Of a stretch of DNA of 64,000 nucleotides, positions 39,401 through 52,760 are shown piece by piece (within the stretch, counting starts at the first letter, position 1; every line of letters starts with the position of its first letter). Where the stretch lies: positions 100,008,001 to 100,072,000 of the forward strand of contig CM052817.1 of the NCBI GenBank assembly GCA_028534125.1, in the 5' to 3' direction. Source of the DNA: Lama glama (taxonomy: Eukaryota). A program made the position numbers and the translations under genes. The notes under the pieces were generated by a model. That model saw nothing but the letters and a program-made list of their open reading frames with translations. It did no database searches and was not told where the DNA came from.

Positions 39401-41331
39401 TAAGGAAATAATCCCAGTTACCATCACATCAAAAGGAACAAAACACCTAGGGATAAACCTACCTAAGGAGGCAGCAGGACCTGTACTCTGAAAACTATGA
39501 GACACTGATGGAAGAAACTGAGGATGACACAAAGAGATGGAAAGATATACTGTGTCCTTGGACTGGAAGAATAAATATTGCTAAAATAGCCATACTTCTA
39601 CCAAGGCAATATACAGATTCAATGCAATCCCTATCAAATTACCAGCAATATTTTTCACAGAACTGTAACAAAAAAATGTTAAAATTTGTATGGAAACACA
39701 AAAGACCCCAAATAGCCAAAACAATCTTGAGAAAGGAGAATGGAGCTGGGGGACTCATGCTCCCCAACCTTGGACAATAGTACAAAGCTACAGTAATCAA
39801 AACAGTATGGTACTGGCACAGAAAGACACATAGATCAATGGAACAGCACAGAAAGTCCAGAAATAAACCCATGCATTTATGGTCAATTAATCTATGACAA
39901 AGGAGGCAAGAATACACAATGAAGAAAAGACAGTCTCTTCAATAAGTGGTGCTGGGAAAACTGGACAGCTACCCATAAAAGAATGAAATTAGAACATTCT
40001 CTAACACCACATACAAAAATAAATGCAACATGGATTAAAGACCTAAATGTAAGACAGGATACTATAAAACTCCTAGAGGAAAACATAGGCATAGGCGGAA
40101 CACTCCTTGACATAAATTGCAGCAATACTTTTTTCAAACCAGATCCTAGAGTAATAGAAATAAAAGCAAAAATAAACAAATGGGACCTAATTAAACTTAA
40201 AAGCTTTTGCACATCAACAAAGCAAAAAGACAATCTACAGAATGGAAGAAAATATTTACAAATTATGTGACAGACAGGGGACTAAGTTCCAAAATATACA
40301 AACAGCTCATACAGCTTAATATTTAAAAAAACAAGCAACCCAGTCAAAAAGTGGGCAAAAGATAAACAGACATTTCTCCAAAGAAGACATCCAGATGGTC
40401 AACATGCACATGAAAAGATGCTCAATTTTCCTAATTATTAGAGAAATGCAAATTAAAACTACAATGAGGTAGATCACCTCAAATAAGTCAGAATGGCCAT
40501 CATTAAAAAGTCTACAAATTATAAATGCTGGAGAGGGTGTGGAGAAGAGGGTACCCTCCTACACTGCTGATGGGAATGTAAATTGGTGCAGCCACTATGG
40601 AGGACAGTATGGAGGTTCCTTAAAAAACTAAAAACAGTTACCATATGATCCAGCAATCCCATTTCTGGGCATACATATGGAGAAAAAATATAATTCGAAA
40701 AGACACATGCACCCCAATATTCCAGCAGCACTATTTACAATAGCCAAGACATGGAAACAACCTAAATGTCCATCAACAGATGACTGGATAAAGACAATAT
40801 GGTATGTATGTGTGTGTGTATGTGTATATATATATACACACACACTGACAGACACGATGGAATACTACTTGGCCATAAAAAGAATAAAATAATGCTATTT
40901 GCAGCCACATGGATGGACCTAGAGATTATCATATTAAGTGAAGTAAGCCAGACAAAGAAAGACAAATACCATATGATATTGCTTATATGCGGAATCTAAA
41001 AAAAAAAAGATACAAATTTTATTTATAATGCAGAAACAGACTCAGGGACACAGAACAAACTATGGGTACCAGGAGAGAAAAGTGGAGGAGGGATAGATTA
41101 GGAGTTTTGGATTAACAGATACACATTACTATATATAAAAAAGATAAACAACAAGGACCTACTGTATAGGGAACTATACTCAATTTCTTGTGATGAGCTA
41201 TAATGGAAAAGAATCCGAAAATAGCTGGGTATATATATGTATGTATATGTATAACTGAATTACTTTGCTGTGCACCTGATACTAACATTGTAAATCTTCT
41301 ACATGTCAATAAAAAATAAGAATTAAAGAAA
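36479..41331 (+). mobile_element. 5'-truncated, inactivated LINE-1 (end of ORF1, spacer, ORF2 remnants, 3' UTR, A-rich tail), antisense to GATB
   Basis: Endonuclease remnants (IIVGDLNTPLTPMDRS), RT motif [12 protein letters not shown] in ORF 38910..39491, [14 protein letters not shown] zinc knuckle near 40526; many stops and frameshifts; perfect 13-bp TSD AAAGATTACTAAC at 36466-36478 and 41332-41344. Confidence 0.97.
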
Positions 41332-42049
41332 AAAGATTACTAACACTGGGACATAACTCTGGAGCAGTGGCTCAAACCAAATCCCATGGTAGAGTTTAAG
41401 GCAGATCCTGTTTCTGACATTTTCTCCTTGCCAGTTTCTGTCTGCATAGGTTTGATTTCAGACGTTGAGCTCTAAGAGGGCAAGCATCATGTTCATTTAA
41501 CTGTTTACAATGCTCAGCACACAGGCTCTGGCATGTGAAGGGTTCACTAACGAGCAGACCTATAGGTTTTCTCAATTAGCAGGGGATGTTTTACTGCTCA
41601 ACTTCTGAAACCTTCAGATGTAAGTACCTGTGAAACAATTTATCGAATAAGTGAAGAGCTAATTCTTTTATTTAATTGGAAGATAAGAAAGGTATGAAAG
41701 GCAAAGGGAGATGAGACAGCCAATAAATTTCATGACTAGCAGAGAGAGGGACTGGGCAGATCATGGCCAGAAAAAGGATATGGGGCAGTGGGTAGTGACT
41801 GGTTTTAAAAAGAAGCACTTGTTTGGCTTGTTTGCAAAATATAAGTAGTGCTGCAACCAGAACGGGGGGGTGGGGGGGCAGAAATACATTTGGAGTGCAA
41901 GGCAGTATAAATAACCCAGGAATGTCATGAGACCTCAAAGGACACGTTGTGACCCCGATATGAGAAGCAGTCTTCTAGTTTTAAAGCTTATGTAGCCTAA
42001 CCAAACAAACATTTCCTCATCTCTGAGTAAACGATCATTTACTGCCAAC

Positions 42050-42730
42050 TCCCAATACATCCTGCCCCACTGCCCCCCAAAAAATCAAGTTATACACATT
42101 CTACTTCCTTAGTATGTCTTGATTTTTTTCCCCTCTTCCCAAATGCTCCAATCTGATTCAGGCCTCCACTCAAACATCCCTCCTACAACCAAGACTTCTG
42201 CACAAACCACCACCTGGCCAGGTTTCTACATCTCCACCCTCTAATCTCTCCTCCACACCCAATTCAAGAGCAACCTTTCTAAGGGATAAATCTGTTCATG
42301 TAATTCCCCTGCTTAAAATTCCTCTCCACGCCTCCCCATCACCAAAAGGATACACTACAGGCGCTTGGCGGAGTCTTCAATGCTCTTCGTGATTCAGCCC
42401 CTGATTACCTCTCTAGCTTCCTCTTCTTCCACTGCCCCTGACCCAACAGGCTCTCACACAGTGGCGCACATGACATGCTTCGGTACAAACAGCTGCCTCT
42501 GCTGCTCATGCACTTGAGCAAGACCTCCGCACCTCGCAAGACTCCTGGCTGTCCCACCAGCACCCCAGTGCAGGTACTCCTCCTCCTCAGCTCCAGTGTA
42601 TGCTGGAGAAGCACCGTCTCCCCAGCCAGACTGAGCCCCCTGAGGGCAGTCAGGTCATTTTATCTTCTTTGCCCCATTACCTGAAAGCAACACCAAGCTG
42701 ATTAAACATTAACTGAGCTAATGAATAATT
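42050..42730 (+). mobile_element. LINE-2 3' fragment
   Basis: tctctcctccacac...taaatctgttcatgtaattcccctgcttaaaattcct...agactgagccccctgagggcag...taaacattaactgagctaatgaat. Confidence 0.7.
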
Positions 42731-42859
42731 TATCATTCCCTTTATCAACATCCCAAACTCCATAAGCTAGAAATGAAAGCAAAATTGTTCTATAAAATAT
42801 ATGTCAGGAAAAAGAAACCACTCTTAGCATGTAAAATAAGACAGATTTAATACAGAGAC

Positions 42860-43320
42860 TATTACACTGATGACAGAAGAGCCGAGAAGTCAAAGAGGCA
42901 ACTTAGAAGATTCTCAACAGCAGGAAGACACTCCTGCCCCAGGGCCAGAGGGAAGGGTGGGGAGAAGCAGTGGGACTGGCACCAGGGCAGGGGTGCCAGA
43001 GGATGCTGGAAACATGATGGACCTGTCTTCCAGGAGCAGGAGCCATGAATGAGATCCATCCAAAACTAGAGATGCTGCCAGAGGAAGAGGGAAGGAGAAG
43101 GAGAAATACCCTATTGCTTCTTTCCTCCCACCGCCAGTCTTTCTTCAGAGCCTCCTGTTGGCCTCACCAGCCACAGACCAGCTGAGGGGGGTGGGACTGG
43201 GGGACACTGGGAATGGCAGCCTGTGGGAGCAGCCCCTGCCCGTGATGCTGGAAAGAGCAGGGGAATGGGGAGGCGAGGATCTGAGGAATGCTGGCCATGA
43301 CCACGCAGCAAATCACATCC
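42860..43320. mobile_element. Probable ancient ERVL LTR (LTR33-like)
   Basis: Purine-rich block with cagagcctcctgttggcc...gggaatggcagcctgtgggagcagcccc, reminiscent of LTR33; family assignment tentative. Confidence 0.45.
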
Positions 43321-45279
43321 ATTTTTTTTTTAACTGAAGTCATAGTCTATAATGAAATTCCAACCATTTTTATACTCACTTCTGTGATCTTTTCTTTTGA
43401 TAAATATCTAATTGATAAAATGCTGCCACTCTCAAGTCTGCCCAATCAACATAAAAATGAAAATTTTGTGGACTCCTTTTTCACATACTCAGAGCCAAGA
43501 TTTATGAAATGCTACTAATTTCTAAGGAGCATCTGTGATAACTCAACTCGGGTTGGACTGAACTCTAAGGCTACATTAACTATTAGGAAAGGATTTGCTG
43601 AGCAAATTATAGAATGAAGAAGACTGCATAGCTTACTTAAGTCAATAAAACATTCCCTAGGACTTTAGCATATTTATGTGAAATTCCACTAATTACAAAT
43701 AAATCTATTCACAAAAGTCAGAAACCTCAGAAACCTATGCCAGGAAGTACTTTGTGACATACTTCAAAGGAATAAAATTGCATGTCTTTCAAAATAGGCT
43801 GTAATTCACGCCATTTCTCTCCTCTTCCTACTTAACCCTCAACTGGTGAGCCCATGATGATATGATACCTAAAGTTAGTCCAGTAGGTACCAGGACCTCC
43901 TTAAAAAATGAGGCAGCATGACCAGACTAGTGTACCCCCCGAAAATCCAGTCAGCAATTCCTCTGGAGCTTGAAAACAAGACTACAAGGCGATGTTTTAC
44001 AAAAAGCCCAAATGGCAACTATTCTATGAACCTAATGCTATATATGACAAATCTGATGATTAAGATATAGCATGGTAAATGCTTCAATTTATGGACAGAA
44101 AGTAATTAAGATTTATTAAGTAAAAATACGGCAGTAAAATGGGCCTTTATGTTACTGCTAACCGTAAATTTGTCTCTAAGCATGAACTCCCTCTGATTCA
44201 TATTCAAAGCAAAAGTTACCACAGATACATTTTCATTATGGTAAAGAAAGCTGTTCCCCCATCTCCTCACCCCAACGTCCTTCTCACCACTGAGCTCTTT
44301 TATCATCATCCAAAACAAATACCAACACTTTCAGCTTTGATGACTGAGCTTGCTGCAACTGCTCAGTTAAGATACTTTTTTTTAAAGTGGAATTTTACCA
44401 TGAAAAGTTACCAGCTTTACACAAATATTAAATATTTATATAGATATACCCACATAGATATATATGTTCTTTACACCTGAACATAGGCACTGCCTGGGAA
44501 AAAAGGGAAAGTGAATGCAACAATTTCTCTTTTTTTAAATCTTTCACAGAAGGAAAAAAAAAATCAAATATCCATTCCACAGGAGACAATTCTTGTTCAC
44601 AGAAAGGAGGTGTGGTCTGGCGGCTTCAGATGTCCTTCAGCTCCAGGGTTCTCTCCTCTCAGCCCTCCTGCACCGATTCCACTCCCTGGACTGGTCAGGA
44701 TCAAAGGCAAGGATACTTTCTTGGTCCAAGGTGCCGGAAGGTCCATCCTCCTCGTCTGGGATTCCATCCTCCTCCTGCCTGCGCTTACCCGGCCAGGTCA
44801 GGCAGCCTAGGGCTGCAGCCCACACTCACCACGGGAAAGCTGTGAGTGGAGAGGGCAGCCTAAACTAGCGTGGCCCTCGACACTGGAGCAATCTCCCCTG
44901 CTTTTCCAAGGACCTCTGGAATACTAACCCGACATTCATCCCTGGGCTTGGAGGGAGAAGAAGGAAGGGCTCCAGGCCTGCCGTGGGCCCCGGTGAAAAG
45001 AATTCTCACACGACACAGCCTGGCGTGCCTGGACTTCACTTGGGGCTGGAGGTCAATCCCGTGACTACAGTGGTCCTCTCTGAAGCCTCATCCTTGCGCA
45101 GTTAGCTAGGTTAGAGAGGGAGGTTTGAGAACAGCTGGCAGCCAGTAAAAAATGAGACAGGGTGTACAGGTGAATTGGTTCCTCGTTTCCACAACACTCC
45201 CCACAGTTACTAATTTGGCATGACTCACTGGCAATTAACCTGATGTTGAGAAGACTTTTACTGACTGACAGACAGGAGC

Positions 45280-45470
45280 AAAACTGAGTAGGAAAGACCT
45301 GGGCCTAAATCTTATCTCTACTCATTGGCTGTGTGACCTCACACAAATCATCTAACCTGTCTCAGCCTCGCTTTCCTTATCTGTTAGGGGAAAAAATAGC
45401 TACCTTGCAGGATTGTTCTGAGTTAAATAAAATTACTCGACATATGGTAGACATTTAGTAAATACCAGTA
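45280..45470 (+). mobile_element. MIR SINE
   Basis: agacctgggcctaaatcttatctctactcattggctgtgtgacctc...ctcagcctcgctttccttatctgt. Confidence 0.7.
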
Positions 45471-46866
45471 TCAGAATGGAAGTGTTACCAAATGCAAAAT
45501 GCCCAAATCAGTTTAATCTTTCCTACGCAAGCTTCTCTAGGAAGCAAGGGAATCTAATGAGAAAAGGTCTCGACAGCTCCACAGATCCATTAGTCTGGAT
45601 TTACAGTCCAAAGTAAGGCACAACAGATGCTGAAATTATGTATTATGTCAACACAGTATTTCCCCCTTAAATGATAACCAACACCTTTTTGTGATAATTA
45701 GTGTGTCATTTGCAGTGGAATAGAAATCATACTTCTTAATGTCTCAAGAAGTTTATATTACTTCATTTTCTCTGTTTTATCATGAAGCAAAATTTTCCTG
45801 GATAAATTTTAAGCTTGCCTGTGCCTGGAAAAAGCTCCCATTCTTAAGGGAAAGAAACTACCTCCTGACAAGTTGAACAGTCACAGACCAGTTAATTGAG
45901 GCAATGTTTACCACCGTCTCGTTGCCCACAACACATTCGTGACTTCCTGTCTTCTCAGACAGCAGCTACTTTTGAAATTCAAAGAGAGTCTGTGGAAAAG
46001 CGATGTATGAAGGCATGGAGTAGGCACGGGGATCAAACTTTAAAAAAACCTTATTCTTTTTGAATAAAGCTTTGGGATGGGGCCAGGATCTTTCATGGAG
46101 AAATATTTCCCCCTAACTTTAACTCTGAATATTTGTCTCTCTTGTTTATAGCATTTAAGAAAAGTATATTGATATTAAAAAGGCTAACGCATACAAAATC
46201 CACCCATTTTAGATAACTGTCCCCATACTGAAGCTGCCAACTCTTCTCTAACCTATCCTAAAATTTATCTCTCTACACTTAGACAGATTCAATGGAAGGA
46301 TAAACTTTTCATATTACTGAAACCTCAAGAGTCATCACTGAGAGTGAAAAGAAACATTAACTTCATGAGTGAAAAGCTCTAATGATCCAGAATGAGATCT
46401 ACTTTTATCTTTATATAAAAGGTTAGTACTAAGCTGAAAGCTCTGGCAATTGCTGAGAAGCAAAGCAACTGGCTTGAACCAACCAAACTCTAAGAAATGC
46501 CAGCTAGGTCCTCACATTGGTGTGGACGGGGAATGTGGTGGAACAAGACCTGTGAACAGCAGGAGCAATTCCGAGAGACACATGTCATTCCATCAAAAGT
46601 GAACCAGCTCTATCCATCAGTCCCAGGAATGCCCTGAGGGGAGAGCATTTGGAAGAGTCTATCAGGACTCAGATTTTTAGGAAGAAAAAAACACCCTGAG
46701 TTTTATGTACCCAATAGGTATATAGCATCTTGTTAGAGGCTTCATGGCAAGCCATGAAATCATGGGGGCTAAAAGGAAAAAGAAAAAGGCCAAATTTTCA
46801 TAGGGCAAAACTCCTATTTCCTTAGTTATGTTCACTTCAAGAGTGGATAATAAAAGAACTGGCCTG

Positions 46867-47722
46867 AACAGGTACGTGAAAAGATGCTCAAATAACTAAT
46901 TATTTGAGAAATGCAAATCAAAACTACAATGAGGTATCACCTCACATAAGTCAGAATGGCCATCATTAAAAAGTCTACAAATAATAAATGCTGGGAAGGG
47001 TGTGGAGAAAAGGGAATCCTCCTACATTGTTGATAGGAATATAATTTGGTGCTGCCACTATGGAAAACAGTACGGAGATTCCTTTAAAAACTAAAAATAG
47101 ACTTACCATATTATCCACCAATCCCACTCCTGGGCATCTATCCAGAGAAAACTCTAACTGGAAAAGATACATGCACCCCAATGTTCATAGCAGCACTATT
47201 TATAATAGCCAAGACATGGAAACAGCTTAAATGTCCGTCACTAGATGAATGGATAAAGTATATATACCCAAGGGAATATTACTCGGCCATAAAAAAGAAT
47301 GAAATAATGCCATTTGCAGCAACATGGATGGACCTAGAGATTGTCATACTAAGTGAAGTAAGTCAGACAGAGAAAGACAAATATCATGTGATATCACTTA
47401 TATGTGGAATAAAAAAAAAAGATACAAATGAACTTATTTACAACAGAAACAGACTAACAGACAGAGAACAAACTTATGGTTACCACAGGGGAAGGAGGGA
47501 GGGATAAATTAGGAGTTTGGAATTAACATATATAAAATAGATAAACAACAAGGGCCTACTGTATAGCACAGGGAACTCTATTCAATATCTTGTAATAACC
47601 TATAATAGAAAAGAATCTGAAAAAAAATAGATTTATATGTATATATGCATAACTGAATCCCTGTGCTATAGACCTGAAACACTGAAAATTAACCATACTT
47701 CAATTAAAAATGGAAGAAAAAA
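46867..47722 (+). mobile_element. LINE-1 3' fragment (ORF2 C-terminus and 3' UTR)
   Basis: Homologous to about 40400-41330; ORF 47181..47507 [15 protein letters not shown]...FAATWMDLE; perfect 15-bp TSD AAAAGAACTGGCCTG at 46852-46866 and 47723-47737. Confidence 0.95.
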
Positions 47723-47737
47723 AAAAGAACTGGCCTG

Positions 47738-48180
47738 GACTTTAAAAAGAAAAAGGTCAATGTCATGAAAGGAAGAAAAAGAAAAGGAAAGAGGGAGGAA
47801 AAGAGGAAAGGAGGGTGGGGATAGAAAGAAAGGGAAAGGGAAAAGAAAGAAAAAATGAGACTAAAATAAGTCACAAGAACTAAATGCAATGTCTGATCTC
47901 TGACAGGATCCTGAGTTGGGGAGAAGAAAATAAAAAGTGGGTATGAACTTGGATGAGAGTATTGTATCCATGTCAGCTTTCTTGAGACCGACAATTACAA
48001 CAGCCATTGATATCAGGATGTTTTTGTTCCCAGGAAAGATGCTGAAACATCTGGGGATGAAGGGCCATGATGTCCGCAACTGACTGTCAAATGGCTCATC
48101 CAATCTAGGCGCAGGTCGGATGTTCAGTGTACTTTCAGCTTTTCTAACAGTTTGAATTTTTTCAAAATAAAATGTCTGGG
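47738..48180 (+). mobile_element. Ancient L1MC/L1ME-like 3' fragment with a purine-rich tract; apparent host of the younger L1
   Basis: gtcaatgtcatgaaag...aactaaatgcaatgtctgatc...ggatcctg...tttgaattttttcaaaataaa. Confidence 0.65.
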
Positions 48181-51100
48181 GGAAGGAGACAGGAGTAGAT
48201 CATTCTCCTACCTAAGAGGACGGTGAGACGTTACAAGCTGTCAGTGGGGGAGAGAGCCAAAGGAGGCTGGAGCTATTTAAACTGAGGCTAACTTGTAAAC
48301 CACACATGTGTCTCGAGGCTCCCATTCACTGTTGCTGCAAATCAGCTGTAGAAAAGAAAACATTCTATATACAATGTCTACCTACACCTTCCCGTGCCAA
48401 AATTAAGTGGTGGACACATCATACCTTGTGGAGATAGTGAAGAACAGTACAAGCCTTTTAGCAGTACTGCGTATTTCACTTTGTATGTGATAAATCCATT
48501 ACAGGGAGCTCTGCACTGTCTATATATGTGTATAAATCCTGCATGTAGACAATATATATACATAATCAAGAACATGAAAGGAAGAGGTGTTCTTTCAGCT
48601 AGAAGGAAAATAACTTTCCCCAGCTACGTCCTTTCTAGTTGAAAATACTTTGAGCTTCCTCCGAAGTTGTATATGTATCTTATTTGCTGTTAATGCTTCC
48701 ATTCTGTTGCCTCACTGTGTAGACATACCTGTAAGTTCTCAACGTGTGCTTCTCTGAAAGACATCTATGATGGAGAACTTCACATTGTCATTTATGCTCT
48801 TGTGATCTGTGCCATTTTAAATGCCGAACCCTACTGGCCGCTATAAAATGGAAGTACTATCTGTATTTATATTTTAATGATGCAAAGTTAAGAATATGAG
48901 TACCATAATAATACCAAGTAATATTCACATGCCACTTGAGAGTTATAAAGTGCTTTCACGTACATTAACTTCTCTGCCTAGAAGGAAAAATGGAAGAGAA
49001 CAAGCAACACGTAAATAAGAGAGCCAGCTAGCTGTGATAAGTAAACAAAGGTTATGAGTGACAACAGCCATCTGAAATGTTTACAACCAGTTATAAAGGA
49101 AAAATTTCCTGTTGTGTTTTGTCGGAAATGAACACAATTAGCAAATACCGCAGAAGGGAATGCGGTCTGGTGCTTTATTCTGGTGCTAAGAATGGGAATC
49201 AGGCAACTCTCACTTCTATTTTTAACTGGGCTCCTGACGTCCTTGTGTCCTTGGGCAAGTCAAAAAGGCCCTCAATTTCTTCTCCTATCAATTGGGGTTG
49301 GAGCCTCTGACTTTGCTCACTGGGGTGGCCTATGAGTCGGCAAACATCACTGAAAATTCAAGATGCTGCTGACAATCACATATGACTGCCTGGCTGCATC
49401 TCCTGAGAAAGCTGCAGAGCGTGACAAAGACCCTTGATTGATTACGCATCTGGCTTTTACACTCGTGAAAGGAGACTCATGCATCAAAATGTGGAATAGA
49501 GGACTTTTAAGGCTCCTGGGAACACCAACATTTTCTGATTCTCATTTACCCTCCCTGCCCCAGCTCCAGGCTTTATCGTAAGGATGCAACCAGTGGTGGA
49601 AGGCTGCTAGCAAGAACCCTCTGCCACATGTAACAGAATGCTCTTCAGAGGAGCCCAGCCTGACGAGGTAAATGATGCCAGCATCACCAAGCCTACGCTT
49701 GTCGTATCTGGGATGCCAAAGGCAAATAACTCCCTCACCTTGTCAAGATTTTAAAAAGAGCTGAGGAAAAAAATCCCCCAAGATGCTGCAGTGTGGAGAA
49801 CCACCAATACTAAATGTGAAGCTGAAAAGACATCTAAAAATGACCAAGTAACAAAGATTCATCCTGGCAGCCACAGATGACAAGTGGCTAAGCCTGTGGC
49901 GTGGAGAAAGAATTCCACAGGACCCACCCCAAACCCGTGTCTCACTTCTACTCGCAGAGGCAAAGCAGACACAGTAACACTGGCCTGTGCTTTTGAGGGC
50001 AGACCCGAGCATCCTCTCCTCCCCTGTCCCCACCTTTCTATGTAGCTGGGTTTTATTCTCTACTCCATATTCTTTTGTCCTCCCAAAGAGGAGTGACTTT
50101 TCTGACTAGCAACTTTGGGAAAAGAAACTGAACACACGGGGTCGGCTCCTTATGGCTGAGCATTTTTATTCTAGGCCTCTAGTATGACTCAGCAGGACAA
50201 AGCCTGCCTGAGCTCTTTCTGATCAGCATGCGTACCGAGATAGTATGTTCAGGTCTTCTCTGGCCACGTGATAAGCTTTCTGCCAGTGAAAGGCCTATGG
50301 TTTGGGAGAGCTGATTTCAACTTAGGTAGGAAGTACTAGAAGCCATTTGGATAGATCACGGTGCATTTTGTGATCGAGCTATTATCGGTGATAAAGCTGA
50401 CACGTTCACCTCCCTCTGTCTGAATTCTAGGCTGACTTCTCACTTGGTTCTGACTCAAGAGGGGAAAGGAGTATTATTTTTATGGACTCCCTAGAACCGT
50501 ACAATACCTTCCTGGAAGCTCTTTTCTAATTCTCATTAAACTTGCCTGAAAACCCCCACAGCATCACCAGTGACTCCATGGAGCAGAAGAAACCAGGGAA
50601 CACCAGCTGCCGTGGCCAGGCATGCATTTCCTGCGAGGGGAGAGCTTTTACAGGTCTGCTGCAATTTTTTTAAGCTCTGGAACTGTCCATGGAAGAAAAA
50701 TGAATGGTACCCAGCTGCATGATTTCAGGCTGCATTTTGATTACAGGCTTCCCGCATAAATCACCAGAACGAAGCCTGCATGAGCTGCTTGAATGGCAGA
50801 GACAAAAACTGTGTCACAGAACACTGTTAGGTAATTTTTTTTAACTACTATATATTTATATCAACAAAAGACCTCTAAGCTTGTGGACTCCCGGGCATCT
50901 TTGGTAATGTGTACGTATTTCATTTTCTACACATTCCCACCTCGTTTCCTAGTATTGCCGACTTCTGGGAGCAGCAGTGTACCAAATTCATTTTAACAGT
51001 TAAGAGTTCTTGGTATAGCACTATCTCCTCCAACAAGAGCTTGGTGTCACTGTGCTCAATCTCTCAGCCAAGCGCATATTCTGAGGGGAAATAAAGCTGC

Positions 51101-52013
51101 ATAAGGGGATGTGAAAATGGGAGAATAGGCTTTTCTAAACACAGTTGTGATGGCTTCTTGCTCAGGAATGAATCTCTGGGGAAAGGACCGTGTACCTGGA
51201 GCCATCCCCTTACTGCAAAGGGAGCACATGGCTGCGTCAGTGAGTCACTTGGGGAGAAGGCCAGACACGGTCCCACAGGTTCCCTGAGGCCGGGATGGAG
51301 GAAAAGCAAGCCCTCAGCTTCCTCAAAGGCTCCCCCCCGCCATAGCCAGCTGTTCCTCCTAATTCTACTGTCTTGCTTTTTGTGGTTCCTTGAGAGGAAC
51401 GAAGATGGCATCACCATTTCTACACAAACTGGGAGGGAACAATTCACTACGGATGAACTGTTTTTGGAAAATGACTACTTTTAAAGGCTGGGTGAGAGTG
51501 TGTATCCCTGCACCACTAGGGGGAATTTCAAAAGAGCTCAGTCACTTGATCTGTGTCTGTGACAAGACGAGCTGGGATGTGCACAGACCTCAGCCCCAAC
51601 TGTAATCAGAAGGGAAGGATATCTTGGTGGCAGAGGAGAGGAAGCCAGAGAGAAATGTAAAGATGCCTCTCCTGCCTGATTTGAAGTCTGAGTCATCCAT
51701 ATTCGTGCCCTTGCTGCAGCCCCAGCTATATGACCACACCCTCTGTCCCCTCCTGCAAAGTCTCAATCTTAGTAAAGTCTTAGCCCAGACTTAGGTTAAA
51801 ACAAAAGATTCTGCCGTAAGAACTGATTGTCACAATCTGCTCTCAGGCAAACCTGGGGTTCAAATGTACCAATTCTGTGGTCCAGGAACACCCCAGGTAA
51901 GAGATAAACATGAAAAATGGCCCTGACTTAGACCTAGGGTATCTGGCAAAAGCCAAAGAAAAAGCTCTTTGGGGAGACTCGCTCTCAACCAGGAGACAGG
52001 ATTCCCACTAACA

Positions 52014-52356
52014 TACCCTATGGTATCACGTATATGTGGAATCTAAAAAAAAGACACAAATGAACTTATTCACAAAACAGAAACAGACGCACAGACACAG
52101 AAAACAAACTCATGGTTACCGGGAGGGGAAAGAGGATGGGAAAGGATAAAATAGGAGTAAAAGATTTGCAGATACTAACTATGACATAGAAAATAGATGA
52201 ACAAGTTTGTACTGTACAGCACAGGGAACTATATTCAGTACCTTGTAGTAACCTATAATGAAAAAGAATATATTTGTATGTATATGACTGAAACATGATG
52301 CTGTACACCAGAAACTGACACAACATTGTAAACTGGCTATACTTCAATTAAAACAA
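52014..52356 (+). mobile_element. LINE-1 3' UTR fragment
   Basis: tatatgtggaatctaaaaaaa...gtacagcacagggaactatattcag...caacattgtaaactggctatacttcaatt; 16-bp TSD AGGAT(T/C)CCCACTAACA at 51998-52013 and 52357-52372 (1 mismatch). Confidence 0.93.
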
Positions 52357-52372
52357 AGGATCCCCACTAACA

Positions 52373-52760
52373 AAACACTGTTAAACATGACTTCATAATC
52401 CAAAATGACAAAATGCCCAAGAAGATCATCTACCATTAGCCAGAATCAGCAGACACATAAAAAGCAGAACAAGACAGCCCAAGCACTTGAGGCAACAGAA
52501 TTTCTGAACACAGACTCTAAAATAAGTAATTTAAAATTACCAAAGAAATAAAGAACTGAATACAAGAAAAAGGAATAAGATACTTTCAAAAAGACAAGAG
52601 ATTTAAAAGAGAAAAAGAGAATTTCTATTACAAAAGTTACTTTCAGTGCAATGAAAAAAACTCCATGGACATATTAAAGAGCAGAGCAAAGGAAAATTAG
52701 TGAACTGGAAGAAAGTGTAGAGAAAATATTCCAGAATCAAACACAGAGAAAAGTCCCTAA
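52373..52760 (+). mobile_element. Ancient L1M/HAL1-like ORF1 remnant
   Basis: A-rich sequence ...aaaaaactccatggac...gaaaattagtgaactggaagaaag...aaatattccagaat. Confidence 0.55.

Noticed and set aside
38910..39491. Reverse-transcriptase ORF as a functional or novel RT system
   Set aside because: A fragment of ordinary L1 ORF2 in an element with many stops and frameshifts.
48721..48760. Minus-strand CAG|GTATGT as a recursive splice site
   Set aside because: No upstream polypyrimidine tract.
51510..51530. CCACTAGGGGGAAT as a CTCF site
   Set aside because: Lacks the conserved C of the GGC core; weaker than the match at 35933-35946.
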